DNA from: Candidatus Woesearchaeota archaeon
GTDB taxonomy: Archaea; Nanobdellota; Nanobdellia; Woesearchaeales; GW2011-AR9
Assembly (NCBI GenBank): GCA_018303285.1
Contig: JAGVYL010000019.1
Coordinates: 1-51,423 of the forward strand
Direction of reading: 5' to 3'
Length of the DNA: 51,423 nucleotides
Shown in pieces: positions 1 through 10,226 of the stretch. The stretch's first letter is position 1. Each line of letters begins with the position of its first letter. Below the pieces are notes generated by a model. It was not told the DNA's origin. It saw only the letters and a program-made list of their open reading frames with translations, and searched no databases. The position numbers and the translations under genes were made by a program.

Positions 1-49
1 CATCAAAATACAGAGAAAGATTAAAAAAATAAAGTTTAAGCATATATTC

Positions 50-116
50 GGAGGTATCGGAATTGAATTCCGGAACCAACGCAAGTTGGTCACGGAATAG
101 CAATTCCCATACCTCC
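50..116 (+). promoter_or_regulatory. Long stem-loop in the leader of rpl7ae (candidate cis-regulatory RNA)
   Basis: Nested pairings GGAGGTAT(50-57)/ATACCTCC(109-116), GGAATTG(59-65)/CAATTCC(101-107), ATTCCG(67-72)/CGGAAT(93-98), ACCAAC-GCAA-GTTGGT(75-90, GNRA loop); TATA-like TTTAAG just upstream. Confidence 0.55.
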
Positions 117-142
117 TCGTAAAAAACTCGGAGGAACTTAAA

Positions 143-463
143 ATGGCTGATGAAGATAAAGCATTGGAAGCCGTAGAACTGGCCAAAAAGAGCGGCAAGA
201 TCAGAAAGGGCTGCAACGAGGCCACCAAGGCTATCGAGAAAGGCGAGGCTAAGTTAGTGGTTTATGCTAAAGATGTCAATCCCAGAGAGATTGTCATGCA
301 TCTTCCTCTTCTTTGCAAGGAAAAGAATATTCCCTGTATAGAAGTTTCTAGTAAAGAAAGTTTAGGCACTGCTGCCGGCATTGGAGTTGGCACTGCGGCT
401 GTGGCTATCACCAAAGAAGGAGAAGCCAAACACTTAGTGGAAGATTTAGCTAAGAGCCGATAA
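143..463 (+). CDS. rpl7ae: 50S ribosomal protein L7Ae
   Basis: [17 protein letters not shown]...[18 protein letters not shown] motif; GGAGG SD; typical L7Ae-S28e-L24e-ndk order. Confidence 0.97.
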   Translation: MADEDKALEAVELAKKSGKIRKGCNEATKAIEKGEAKLVVYAKDVNPREIVMHLPLLCKEKNIPCIEVSSKESLGTAAGIGVGTAAVAITKEGEAKHLVEDLAKSR

Positions 464-481
464 GATTAGACAACAAACAAA

Positions 482-700
482 ATGGTCGAACGCCCCGAAG
501 GAGAAATTAGGTTCATCAACGCCATTCCGGCCGAAGTGAAGGAAATCATCGGCCGAGCCGGCACTAGAGGAGAAGCTACTCAGGTGATGTGCTTGATTCT
601 CGATGGAAGGGATAAAAATAAGACTATCGGATACTTTTTGTATCCGGGCGCCGATCACAATGTACATCCAAGCTGGAACACGTCTGCGGTCGGGAAATGA
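482..700 (+). CDS. rps28e: 30S ribosomal protein S28e, C-terminus replaced by unrelated sequence after ~628
   Basis: PAEVKEIIGRAGTRGEATQVMCLILDGRDKNKTI is S28e-like; the expected RRNVxGPVRxGDILML tail is absent. Confidence 0.85.
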   Translation: MVERPEGEIRFINAIPAEVKEIIGRAGTRGEATQVMCLILDGRDKNKTIGYFLYPGADHNVHPSWNTSAVGK

Positions 701-849
701 AGCAAGGAACCGGCAAGATGTTTGTCTGGGCTTCTGGCAAGATTGACTGGCTCTGCTCCCGCAAATGCGAGAAGAACCAAAACAAGCTCAAAAGAAATCC
801 GGCCAGATTGAAGTGGACCAAGAGATACCGTAAAGGAGCTCATAAATAA
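685..849 (+). pseudogene. rpl24e: 50S ribosomal protein L24e lacking its normal start and first Zn-ligand Cys (5'-truncated as assembled)
   Basis: Manual translation CGREMKQGTGKMFVWASGKIDWLCSRKCEKNQNKLKRNPARLKWTKRYRKGAHK*; no MxxCSF upstream in frame; not in ORF track. Confidence 0.85.
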
Positions 850-893
850 ATTTTTAGTATTATTTTATCAATCTCCATTAGGGGTAATCAATC

Positions 894-1409
894 ATGAAAG
901 AACGCACATTGATTCTTTTTAAGCCTGATGCTGTTCAGCGCGGCCTTATCGGAGAGATTCTTTCCCGCTTTGAAAAGTGCGGATTAAAAATTATCGGCAT
1001 GAAGATGGTCTGGGCAGACGAAGATTTCGCAAGAAAGCATTATCGAGAAGATTTGGACATACGATACAAAGAAGTTGAAATAAAATACGGCAGGAATGTG
1101 CGAACCGAGCTTGTAAAATATCTCAAAGAAGGTCCGGTTGTTGCTTTTGTCCTTGAAGGCATTGATGCAATAAAAGTAACGAGAAAGATAGTCGGTTCAA
1201 CTTATCCCAATGAATCTGCTGCTGGAACAATTCGTGGAGATTTTGCTCATATTTCTAAAGAGTATGCCAACACCCATAATGTGATGGTAAGAAATTTGAT
1301 TCATGCGTCTGGAGATGTTGAAGATGCGGCAGAAGAGATTCCAGTATGGTTCTCTCCAAAAGAATTGCATTCGTACAAAACTGTGCATGATATCATCTGT
1401 CTAGAATAG
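894..1409 (+). CDS. ndk: Nucleoside diphosphate kinase
   Basis: ERTLILFKPDAVQRGLIGEI, GTIRGDF, RNLIHAS motifs. Confidence 0.97.
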   Translation: MKERTLILFKPDAVQRGLIGEILSRFEKCGLKIIGMKMVWADEDFARKHYREDLDIRYKEVEIKYGRNVRTELVKYLKEGPVVAFVLEGIDAIKVTRKIVGSTYPNESAAGTIRGDFAHISKEYANTHNVMVRNLIHASGDVEDAAEEIPVWFSPKELHSYKTVHDIICLE

Positions 1410-1509
1410 GGGGTGGTTTTCTGATGCACTAAGTGGATAAGAATATTGATTTCTTCTCCGTTGCAAACCAAGGATAAACATTTATATATCTCTTTTTCTT
1501 CTAAAGAGT

Positions 1510-2559
1510 ATGTACAAACTAAAATCCATTCCAGAAGATTTTATCGTCAAAGAGATTATTTCTTTGCCATTGAACAAGTCCGAATCTGGCGAATATTCTT
1601 ACTTCCGTCTTCAGAAAAAAAATCTCAGCACTCCTGAAGCCGTGTCCCGGATTGCTGAAAAACTGCATCTTCCGTTGCGATTTCTTGGCTATGCTGGCAA
1701 TAAAGACAAAACTGCAGTTACAGAACAATTCTGCTCGGCCAAAGGCATCAAGAAAGAAACTTTAGAAAGAATCTCTCTACCAAATATCAAGATTACTTTT
1801 CAAGGCTACGGTAAACTACCCATCTCGCTAGGAAACAATCAAGGAAACAAATTTATCATCACACTTAGAAACTTGACAAAGAAAGAAACAGATAAACTAA
1901 AACGGATAACCTGCAAAACAATTTTATTTCCTAATTATTTTGATGAGCAGCGATTCTCTAAAAAGAACGTGGAGATCGGCCGCTGCCTGATCAAAAAAGA
2001 TTTCGCCCAAGCTATCAAATTGCTCATACAAATTGAAAATAACAATTCTTGGATGCAGGACTATCTCCTAAAAAGAAAAAATGATTATCTCGGTGTACTG
2101 CGCCAGTTCCAAAAGAAGATTCTCTCATTGTATATCCATGCGTACCAAAGTTTTCTTTTTAATAATCTTGTTTCTATTTATTTAAAAAATAAATACCCCC
2201 AAGTAAAAACCGTTAAATACAGTCAAGGCACATTTATTTTTCCCACTAACCTAAAAAAAGAAAATCTCTCTTTACCAACTATAGGATTTGATACCACTAT
2301 CAAAAATAAAAAGATAAACGAGCTTCTGAAAAATCTAATGAAAAAAGAAAAACTCTCTTTCTCGGATTTTATTATTCGTTCTTTTCCCGAACTCTCGCAG
2401 GAAGGTCAAGAGCGGTCTTTACTAACAAAAGCAAAAGAATTAAGCATCTCCCAGGCAGAAAAAGACGAACTTAATCCCGGAAAAGAAAAAATCGTCATCG
2501 GTTTCTCTCTGCCCAAAGGAAGTTATGCCACTATGTTCATCAGATTTCTTCTCGCGTAG
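1510..2559 (+). CDS. truD: tRNA pseudouridine(13) synthase TruD
   Basis: PEDFIVKE, YAGNKDKTAVTEQ, GNKFIITLR, FPNYFDEQRF, FSLPKGSYAT motifs. Confidence 0.95.
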   Translation: MYKLKSIPEDFIVKEIISLPLNKSESGEYSYFRLQKKNLSTPEAVSRIAEKLHLPLRFLGYAGNKDKTAVTEQFCSAKGIKKETLERISLPNIKITFQGYGKLPISLGNNQGNKFIITLRNLTKKETDKLKRITCKTILFPNYFDEQRFSKKNVEIGRCLIKKDFAQAIKLLIQIENNNSWMQDYLLKRKNDYLGVLRQFQKKILSLYIHAYQSFLFNNLVSIYLKNKYPQVKTVKYSQGTFIFPTNLKKENLSLPTIGFDTTIKNKKINELLKNLMKKEKLSFSDFIIRSFPELSQEGQERSLLTKAKELSISQAEKDELNPGKEKIVIGFSLPKGSYATMFIRFLLA

Positions 2560-2588
2560 AGCAAAGATTTTTAAATAGTAACTATAAA

Positions 2589-3119
2589 GTGATAAAGATG
2601 AAATACTTTAAACCCGCAATAATCGCTGCTGCATCTATCTTTCTTAGCTCTCGCCCTTCTTTAAGTGAAGAACCAAATATTCCCGGCGTACCTTTCCTTA
2701 CTAACGTATCAGACTGTGCAGAAATGTCCGCTAATGGACTGACGGTTAGCTGCATTCCTGATTTGGAAGGGTTTATCAAAAAATTCGATGGGAACACTTC
2801 TGCTTATTATAAAGATAAAAAAGTTGATGCATGGGAAATATTACAATACTTTTTAGATACCAATCCTTCAGGAAATGTCTCAGAAGAGACCCGCAGGAAC
2901 ATTTTCCTAGAAAAAGTAAATTATGATTTTCTGATCGTGTATGATGTTAATCGAAATGATATTATCTGCAAAGAAGATGATTTAAATCATGATAACCGTA
3001 TCACTATCGAAGATTGGAAGATTTATCAGTCTCTCCATCCGCCTGGCAGATATCACCCTCTTAAACGAAGATTCCAGAAATATTTTATACCTGCAAGTCC
3101 AATCGTAGCTATCCGATAG
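2589..3119 (+). CDS. Hypothetical exported protein with EF-hand/dockerin-like Ca-binding loops
   Basis: N-terminal hydrophobic stretch; DVNRNDIICKED and DLNHDNRITIED resemble DxNxDxxIxxxD loops; start may be ATG 2598. Confidence 0.55.
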   Translation: MIKMKYFKPAIIAAASIFLSSRPSLSEEPNIPGVPFLTNVSDCAEMSANGLTVSCIPDLEGFIKKFDGNTSAYYKDKKVDAWEILQYFLDTNPSGNVSEETRRNIFLEKVNYDFLIVYDVNRNDIICKEDDLNHDNRITIEDWKIYQSLHPPGRYHPLKRRFQKYFIPASPIVAIR

Positions 3120-3158
3120 AAACCATGTTTGAATAAGAATAAGTTAGACAGGAAAAAC

Positions 3159-6100
3159 TCAGTTCTTAGCTTTTTTTCGATAATGGTGGATTATCAGCCA
3201 TATCAGTGCTGCGGCCACCAGTATCAAGAAGATTTTCAGTCCTAGGTATAACCATTTTTTATTAAGTTTACTTAGTATTGATGGTTCTTGAGAAACGTTT
3301 TTCTCTTCTTCTACCACTACTGATTCTTTGACTTCCGTAACAAGTTCCTTAGCTTCTTCTTTTACCGGCTCTACAGCAGGAGTAGAGCTCTTGCCTACAG
3401 CAAAATAACTAAACCCGGGTGTGCTGGCAGAATAATATATCAATTTATCATCCTCTTTGAGTACGCTTGCTTTTAATTCATTCCATTTACTGTCCGCATA
3501 ACGGAATAAAGCTACGGCAGTCTTATCTAATTTATTCTGCGTTAGCCAGCTCTTTTCTACTTTGAATTCAATCTTTCCTTCGCTGATAGCTGTATCTTTC
3601 AAGCTTGAGCTCTTGGTTATTTCCATATATTGGTATACTGTATTGCTTAAAGCCGAGGAAGTGCTTGATGGCATGTCTGATTTTTCCACTCGTTTGACAT
3701 TGACCCATGCACCTGCTGCTTTTTCAGTAGTCTTGAATTCTACTTTTGTAGCCGTCATTCCATCTTTCTTCACTTCGATAGTTGCTACCTCTCCAGCATT
3801 GATCAATGACCAGACTTTCTTTTCAAACTGACCAGTTACTCCAGTAGAACTTCCGCCTCCGCTTCCTGTTGCTCCTCCGCTAGAAGAGCTGCTGCTCGCT
3901 GCTGTAACAGTATAAGAAACTCCGCTGCCAATCACACTATTGCCAGCATTGTCTGTAACTGTGCAAGATGTCGAAGTAAATGTTCCTGCTGAAGAGACAC
4001 TAGGCGTTTCTGAACTAAAGGTTTGAGTAGCCACTCCAGATAAAGCATCTGCTGCCGAACACGTACAGGTTATAGTTGTTCCAGCAGTAACTGAAGTTTT
4101 ATCACAGGAAACTGACGAAGTGGGACTGACAGTATCTAATCTAATTGCAAACAAAGTCGAATTGCTGTTATTAAGCGTATCAAACGCAGTCAGATTAACC
4201 GTATAGTTACCCTCGACAGAAACATTTAAAATGACAAAAAGATTGCTGATATTGCGTCCCGCAGTTCTGTTCGAGATGATAATCTGAGATGCAGTAGTCA
4301 TGTTATGAATCGTAATATTCCAATAAGAGATGTGTGCGTCAATAACGGTAGTATTTATCTGTAAGGTAAGATTATTGGTCCAACTGTTATTGCTCTGAGC
4401 ATTAATTGTCTGAATTACTATTGAAGGATTGGTTGCATCAACCGTGAAATTGATAGTCGTCAATAAATCTGCAGTAGAATTAAGCACCACCGAAGGATCG
4501 TTGTAAATAGTAGCAAAGATAACTGCAGTATAATCCCCGCTGGCAGAACTATTCAAATCCAAGACAAAGATGGTGCTGCTGGAATTAGTAAGATTGACTT
4601 GTAGCATATTAGAACCATTTATTCTACCTGTCGCTCCGGTAGTCGTTGCCGTAAAATTATACATTCGGGAAGTATTGTCCCAATTAGTAATGTTGAATCT
4701 ATACGTAGCGTTAGTTGTTCCAGAGATAGTTTGGGGAACAACAGTAGTAAGATTACTGAACGTAAGATTAAATGTTTCATTTCCATTACTATACACGGAA
4801 AATCCTAAAGAAGTCGGAACTCTCCAAACCACATAATTACCAGAAACATTGGTCTCATTTTTCTCTGCCTGAGCAGAAACATCGCTGCAGTCAGAAAGAT
4901 TATTCTCATTGCATTTTGTCAGCTTCGTACCTAAGCCCGGAATTTTTATCAAAATACTGGTCGCCCCTAAACTCTGAGCTATTTCCTGATACTTCTGACT
5001 ATTCAATCCTACATGAGTTTTTGTTCCTGCCGTGGTTACATTAAAACCAGAGGACATGTTAAAATCAACTGTTTTAGCTAAGTTCACTCCTTCCAGTTCA
5101 ATCGACCAATTAGCCGTAGTGTCTTCAAACTTTAGTTTAGCCGAAGCAAGATAATTACTTCTGTTCGAGGATTGACCAGCAGTCACGCTTTCATATGCAG
5201 TTCCATTCCAAATCTTTATTGCAGTATTCTGCAGAAGTGCATTCCCAGAAGGAGCGACAAAATTAAATCTATACTGTACATTCGAAGCTACAGTAGAAGT
5301 GGTAAAATTTAAACAGCTGCTGGTGGCACAGTTACCTGCTCGGTCACACGATTTTAATTTATAAAATTTAGTAGTATTAGTAGATAAACTTACTGTTACC
5401 CCCAAAGAATCTAGGGTGTTATTTCTGATTCCTAAATCATGCCATGGGCGGTAATCATCAAAAGTAAAAGATGGATTCCCCAACTCATAGATCGTATTGA
5501 CTGCCGTTGAGTTAACACAGGAGCTGTGCATGGTGATAGTTCCGTTAGTTGGCTCATTTGTCACCCAGTGAAGGAAAACAAAATTATTAAATTGTTCAGC
5601 AGCAATACTGTTCACTGTGGGGGCGGTCTGATCATTAGTGATATAATCTGTTCCTGCGCACCAAGGAGCCATAGAACAGTCTGAATCCGCGCAATTAGTC
5701 AATCCGTCTAAATCCTCATCTCCCGATGTCGGGAAACAATCTTCAAACGGCATAAACTTGCCTCCGCCAATAGTGCTGAAAGCTGTGCCGCATGCTGAAG
5801 GATTGCTGAAACAATCTTTCGGCTTGAAATCTACAGTTCCCGGAGTATAATAAATTCCTAGATTATTCAAACCAAGTAGAGTGTCATTTGCTTGAGAAAC
5901 ACTCGTAGCATTATCTGAAGTAGCCACCATAAATCGCATTTTTCCATTAGGATTGCTGATAGATTTTTTATCAACAGATAATATCGCATTATCTGTCATA
6001 CAACCGACTTTACCTCCAAATTCTGCACGTGTTGGCCCACTTGCCATCTTCGCTCGGAAAAGGCTAAAGTTACCATTAGATAAACATCGATATGATTGCA

Positions 6101-7916
6101 AAAATTCAGCTCCTTGCGCAGGAAGCTGAGGATGCGCACGAATCTGATATTCAAACCGGTAGTCAAATCCGTTATAAACAACATTGGAGATATTTGCCCA
6201 ACAACCAGTTGATGTATTAGCATCAGTATCTAAAAAATAATAATACTTTCCAGAACCGCCAACTGGAGCGTTTGTACAAAGCAAAGATTTAGACATATTA
6301 GTCACTCCAATCCCTATTCCTAACGAAGTACCCATATCTTTTATCATAAATTGACGCGCATCAATCTGCTGAGGTAAAGTAATATTAATCCCGTCACTAA
6401 ACAAAGATACGGGAGGAGAAGGATCCATATCTTTAAACATAGATAACCCCAAAGCTACGTTTTCTATTAAACCATAATCACCAGTCAAAACATTAACATC
6501 CCCTCCGCAAGCAGCATCTTTTTGGCAACCGATCGGATCATAACAATCTGTGAACCCATTTCCATCATTATCCGTACCGTCATAACATAATTCTTTTATC
6601 TGGTCTGTTGGGGGGTTAGTAGCATTCCAGCAAAGATTAAGGGGCGCAGTCCAGTTTCCGTTCACTGCTAAACAAGTCGTCTGATTAAAACAACGTTCAA
6701 GCTGAGTTCCTGCCCCGCACATAAAATTATAAATTACAAAACTAGGCTCACACCAAGATTTACCAAATTGGGGATCTGTATTCCACGCACATCCCTTAGT
6801 TTGAATTGAATTAAGAGTAGGATATGCGGAAGCATTGCAGGCTCTTTCACTATAACAATTTTGACAGTCATTATCACATGAACCACTTGAAGCGCTTAGG
6901 AACAATGCTTGATCTTCTACGCAAACGCTATTCTGGCTGAGATAAGAAAAGTTATTCATTCCTACGGGTAGTACCTTTGGCGGAGCAGGTACTACTTTAC
7001 ATTTTCCCCTACCGCCTGTACTTGTACAATCCGTAGAGTTGGTACATGCCCCGCAGAAATTAGCACAAGATTGTGCTCCAAAATTAGGATTACACATATT
7101 ATCAAAAGAGTTCCACGTACAATTTGTTACTCCGAGTCTGTTAGCAACATTAGTGGTACAATTATCTGAGTTTTGACCGCTGTAATATTTACAGGGATCC
7201 TGCGAAGAGAACATAGTATCTGCCGCATTAAAAAACATTACTTTATCATCACCGAAACTTCCCAAGCTATCTAGGGGTACATTAACATTACTATCCAAAG
7301 TTGTAAACACATCAAAATTAACCTTTCCGATGAGTCCGCCAATATCTGTTCTATTGATAGCAATCTTGATATCTCCAATTCCGCATGTTTTAAGTGTGTT
7401 CACTGGCACGGAAACGTTTGTTATCCACGCTGGTGAAGGCAAACTTTGAAAAAACTGGAAATAACTGCTTGTCGCATTTAACTTAATTCTGTAATCTGCA
7501 CCTGGATAACAAATACCAGTACATCCAGTTAAGGGATTGTTATCTCTATCAAATTCAATAAATAATGTAGCTGGTGTCGGTCCGCCCGGGTTGCAGAATT
7601 TAGCATTATTAAAGTTTGCCCCCCCTGATTTAATATCCCATGCGATATATGTGGCATCAAAATCTATCCAAACCGCTCCCAAATCATAATTAATATCACT
7701 TCCCGGACAACCTTGACCTGCAATTCGTATTGAAGAAGAAGGCACTCCCGGAGCCACACAGCCCGGACCATTTATGGCATATGGTGCAGTAGTTAAAAGG
7801 AATGTTCCAAAATTAGTCCAAGCTACTGCTCCCTGAACCAAGTCAATGCTTAAACATAGAAAAACTAAACTTACGAAAACTATCAAATAAGATTTATAAT
7901 TTTTTCCGCACTTCAT
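3159..7916 (-). CDS. Large Cys-rich cell-surface glycoprotein with PGF-pre-PGF domain and C-terminal TM anchor
   Basis: Signal peptide; many NxS/T sequons; CxDGxDNDGNGxxDCxD repeats; Ser/Gly linker; VYQYMEI...YSASTPGFSYFAV PGF-pre-PGF signature; terminal TM plus basic tail. Confidence 0.85.
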   Translation of the reverse strand: MKCGKNYKSYLIVFVSLVFLCLSIDLVQGAVAWTNFGTFLLTTAPYAINGPGCVAPGVPSSSIRIAGQGCPGSDINYDLGAVWIDFDATYIAWDIKSGGANFNNAKFCNPGGPTPATLFIEFDRDNNPLTGCTGICYPGADYRIKLNATSSYFQFFQSLPSPAWITNVSVPVNTLKTCGIGDIKIAINRTDIGGLIGKVNFDVFTTLDSNVNVPLDSLGSFGDDKVMFFNAADTMFSSQDPCKYYSGQNSDNCTTNVANRLGVTNCTWNSFDNMCNPNFGAQSCANFCGACTNSTDCTSTGGRGKCKVVPAPPKVLPVGMNNFSYLSQNSVCVEDQALFLSASSGSCDNDCQNCYSERACNASAYPTLNSIQTKGCAWNTDPQFGKSWCEPSFVIYNFMCGAGTQLERCFNQTTCLAVNGNWTAPLNLCWNATNPPTDQIKELCYDGTDNDGNGFTDCYDPIGCQKDAACGGDVNVLTGDYGLIENVALGLSMFKDMDPSPPVSLFSDGINITLPQQIDARQFMIKDMGTSLGIGIGVTNMSKSLLCTNAPVGGSGKYYYFLDTDANTSTGCWANISNVVYNGFDYRFEYQIRAHPQLPAQGAEFLQSYRCLSNGNFSLFRAKMASGPTRAEFGGKVGCMTDNAILSVDKKSISNPNGKMRFMVATSDNATSVSQANDTLLGLNNLGIYYTPGTVDFKPKDCFSNPSACGTAFSTIGGGKFMPFEDCFPTSGDEDLDGLTNCADSDCSMAPWCAGTDYITNDQTAPTVNSIAAEQFNNFVFLHWVTNEPTNGTITMHSSCVNSTAVNTIYELGNPSFTFDDYRPWHDLGIRNNTLDSLGVTVSLSTNTTKFYKLKSCDRAGNCATSSCLNFTTSTVASNVQYRFNFVAPSGNALLQNTAIKIWNGTAYESVTAGQSSNRSNYLASAKLKFEDTTANWSIELEGVNLAKTVDFNMSSGFNVTTAGTKTHVGLNSQKYQEIAQSLGATSILIKIPGLGTKLTKCNENNLSDCSDVSAQAEKNETNVSGNYVVWRVPTSLGFSVYSNGNETFNLTFSNLTTVVPQTISGTTNATYRFNITNWDNTSRMYNFTATTTGATGRINGSNMLQVNLTNSSSTIFVLDLNSSASGDYTAVIFATIYNDPSVVLNSTADLLTTINFTVDATNPSIVIQTINAQSNNSWTNNLTLQINTTVIDAHISYWNITIHNMTTASQIIISNRTAGRNISNLFVILNVSVEGNYTVNLTAFDTLNNSNSTLFAIRLDTVSPTSSVSCDKTSVTAGTTITCTCSAADALSGVATQTFSSETPSVSSAGTFTSTSCTVTDNAGNSVIGSGVSYTVTAASSSSSSGGATGSGGGSSTGVTGQFEKKVWSLINAGEVATIEVKKDGMTATKVEFKTTEKAAGAWVNVKRVEKSDMPSSTSSALSNTVYQYMEITKSSSLKDTAISEGKIEFKVEKSWLTQNKLDKTAVALFRYADSKWNELKASVLKEDDKLIYYSASTPGFSYFAVGKSSTPAVEPVKEEAKELVTEVKESVVVEEEKNVSQEPSILSKLNKKWLYLGLKIFLILVAAALIWLIIHHYRKKAKN

Positions 7917-8031
7917 TTATTCACCTACTTTTTTAATTCGTAAGCTTAAATAAAAAAAGAAGAAGTATATAAACATTTCGTTAATCTTTCTAAAAGAAAT
8001 AAAAAATTTAAAAAAAAGAATAAAAAAGTGC

Positions 8032-8838
8032 CTACTTAGGCACTTTACCTGTCTGCCATGTCTGGTTGAAATAATCATCCATTGCCGAAGCGAAATATGG
8101 AGATTTCGTCCAGATACCGATGTCGTAGTTGGGATGCGCTTCTTTATCATCCAAAACCGCGTATACCACATCTTTTCCGTCAACCACGCAGAATCTTCCT
8201 TTTGCATTTTCTACGTGCCGTATCTCTGCTACGTCTTTCAAGCTTTGTATCAATTCTGCATGCTCTTTAGTGGTAGGAGCGGCGATTCTGATTTTCACGC
8301 CCTTTTTCTTGGCTCGTTCAAAAGATGCTCGCAGATGATCCACTTTACGAATCAAGCCGGCAGAGGTAGTCATAATATTGACGCTCTTCTTTGCTTCCTT
8401 AACCAATAAATCAAGATGATTGTAAAGGTTATGTCTTCCTCGCATACAGCCGGACAATTCTGTCGGATCCACTAAGTTGATTCCTTGAGTAAACAGAGTC
8501 TTTAATTCAGACATTAATTCTGAATCTCGTGTGACTTCCAGCATTCGGACTTTCTCCGCTGCTTCAATATTCATATGTCGTTTTGCTCTATCCACTACTT
8601 CCTCTGGCTGCACCGCGATATATTTAATCGGCTTGCCCAATTTCATTGTTACAAAACCTTTTTTCTCCAAGCTCTCTAAAACATCGTAGCTTCTGCTTCT
8701 CGGCACTTCGCCTATGTCAGAAAGCTCTCCTGCCGTAGAAACTCCTCGGCTCAATATTGCTGCCCACAGCTTCACTTCGTACAAATTCAGGTCGAAGTGT
8801 CGTCGCAGTTTACTCAAAAAGTCGTCTTTTACGATCAT
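8032..8838 (-). CDS. TrmB-family transcriptional regulator
   Basis: LNLYEVKLWAAIL...VPRSRSYDVLESLEKKGFV wHTH followed by TrmB effector-like C-domain. Confidence 0.9.
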   Translation of the reverse strand: MIVKDDFLSKLRRHFDLNLYEVKLWAAILSRGVSTAGELSDIGEVPRSRSYDVLESLEKKGFVTMKLGKPIKYIAVQPEEVVDRAKRHMNIEAAEKVRMLEVTRDSELMSELKTLFTQGINLVDPTELSGCMRGRHNLYNHLDLLVKEAKKSVNIMTTSAGLIRKVDHLRASFERAKKKGVKIRIAAPTTKEHAELIQSLKDVAEIRHVENAKGRFCVVDGKDVVYAVLDDKEAHPNYDIGIWTKSPYFASAMDDYFNQTWQTGKVPK

Positions 8839-8984
8839 ATTGTTTCACACCCCTCGATTTTTCACCCACTTTTTTTACAACTTTCCTTTGCTACTAAGTT
8901 CTAAGTAAAGAGAACTACTATTAAAAGGTTGCGGTTGTATAGCATATAGCTTTAGTGACTAAAATCCGAAGATATAGTTCGTAC

Positions 8985-10166
8985 TCATATCCCTGGTTCA
9001 CTTTTTGGAGATGATTTCTCCATCATGGCCGTGCATTTATCTTTGCCAATAAACTTTCCGTTAATGGTGCATTCTTTTGGGGGCCCGCTATCTGGAGCAC
9101 CCGGAGGTGATTTCTCCTTTCCATCATCTTTGCTTTCAGAAGGAATAAGCGGTATACTAGCATCTGAAGGCAGAACAGATTCTTTTTTAAACAAATTTTT
9201 AATCCAATCAACAAGTTTAGTTAAAAGATTTCGATTGTCTTGTTCTTTATATTGAATGTCCTGACCCGTATATTGTTTATCAGTTATACCAGCTATACTA
9301 GCAGCCGGCTGGTAATTAGGTTTTCCCTTCACTTCTGTCTGCACTTCTTTACCTATCTTTTTTTCATACTTTTGAGCAACATCTATCAATGTTTTCAACG
9401 ACTCTTTAGAGCATCCTCCGCCAGCTGGTCTTCCAGATTCAGTTGGCCCCATTTGGGAAATGTTTGGATGAGACTGAGTAAATTGTTCGCAGTTGGTTGT
9501 ACCGGTATTATAGATGGAAACCCGTTTCAGCTTTTGTAAATCATCAAGGCAAGATAAATCTCCAGTTATACCTGGGTTCCCAGGATATTCGTCTGCGATT
9601 CCTAACTCTTCGAGATTGATTAATTTGCTAAGCGAACAAATGTCTCCAAAGATGTTAGTGCCGCTGATATAAATTGCCTTTAGATTTGGCATATTGGCAA
9701 GGACAGCGATATCCCCCGAGATTTGAGTATGGGTCATGGCAAAAGTCTCCAACTTGGTCAAATACTTTAAACAGGAAATATCTCCGGTTACCTTAGGGTC
9801 AAAAGCAAATTTTAGGCTTCTCAGCTTTGTTGCTCCAGCCAGTGAACAGATATCGCCGGAAACATCCGGATTGGAATAAAGACTAAAGACTTCCAAATTT
9901 GTCAGACTTTTCAGATTAGCGATATCCCCCATAATTGTCCTGTCTGTTGCATCCATATATTGCAGGCAAGTTAAATCCTTAAGCTGACTTACATCTCTCA
10001 GTAAATCTATATTATTAATCCGGATAAAATCCTCTTGAGGGTAAAGAATTTGATACTCTTTATACACCGAAGTGGTAAGACCCCCGGACTGGCACGGCTC
10101 CAATGCAGAAACAAGATTAATCAAAAAGAACACTATAAATGCCAATCCTACACCTTTTTTGATCAT
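8985..10166 (-). CDS. Secreted leucine-rich-repeat protein
   Basis: Signal peptide; ~24-aa repeats GDIxxLxxLxxLxxLxL (GDIANLKSLTNLEVFSL, GDISCLKYLTKLETFAM, GDICSLSKLINLEELGI). Confidence 0.85.
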   Translation of the reverse strand: MIKKGVGLAFIVFFLINLVSALEPCQSGGLTTSVYKEYQILYPQEDFIRINNIDLLRDVSQLKDLTCLQYMDATDRTIMGDIANLKSLTNLEVFSLYSNPDVSGDICSLAGATKLRSLKFAFDPKVTGDISCLKYLTKLETFAMTHTQISGDIAVLANMPNLKAIYISGTNIFGDICSLSKLINLEELGIADEYPGNPGITGDLSCLDDLQKLKRVSIYNTGTTNCEQFTQSHPNISQMGPTESGRPAGGGCSKESLKTLIDVAQKYEKKIGKEVQTEVKGKPNYQPAASIAGITDKQYTGQDIQYKEQDNRNLLTKLVDWIKNLFKKESVLPSDASIPLIPSESKDDGKEKSPPGAPDSGPPKECTINGKFIGKDKCTAMMEKSSPKSEPGI

Positions 10167-10226
10167 ATAACCGAAGAAAATAACTGCAAATATAAACCTT
10201 TCTGTCCGGTCTACAATCTTTTCGGT

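Noticed and set aside
7917..8207. 96-aa minus-strand ORF abutting the surface protein start
   Set aside because: Overlaps the TrmB 3' end and an A/T-rich terminator/promoter spacer; not protein-like
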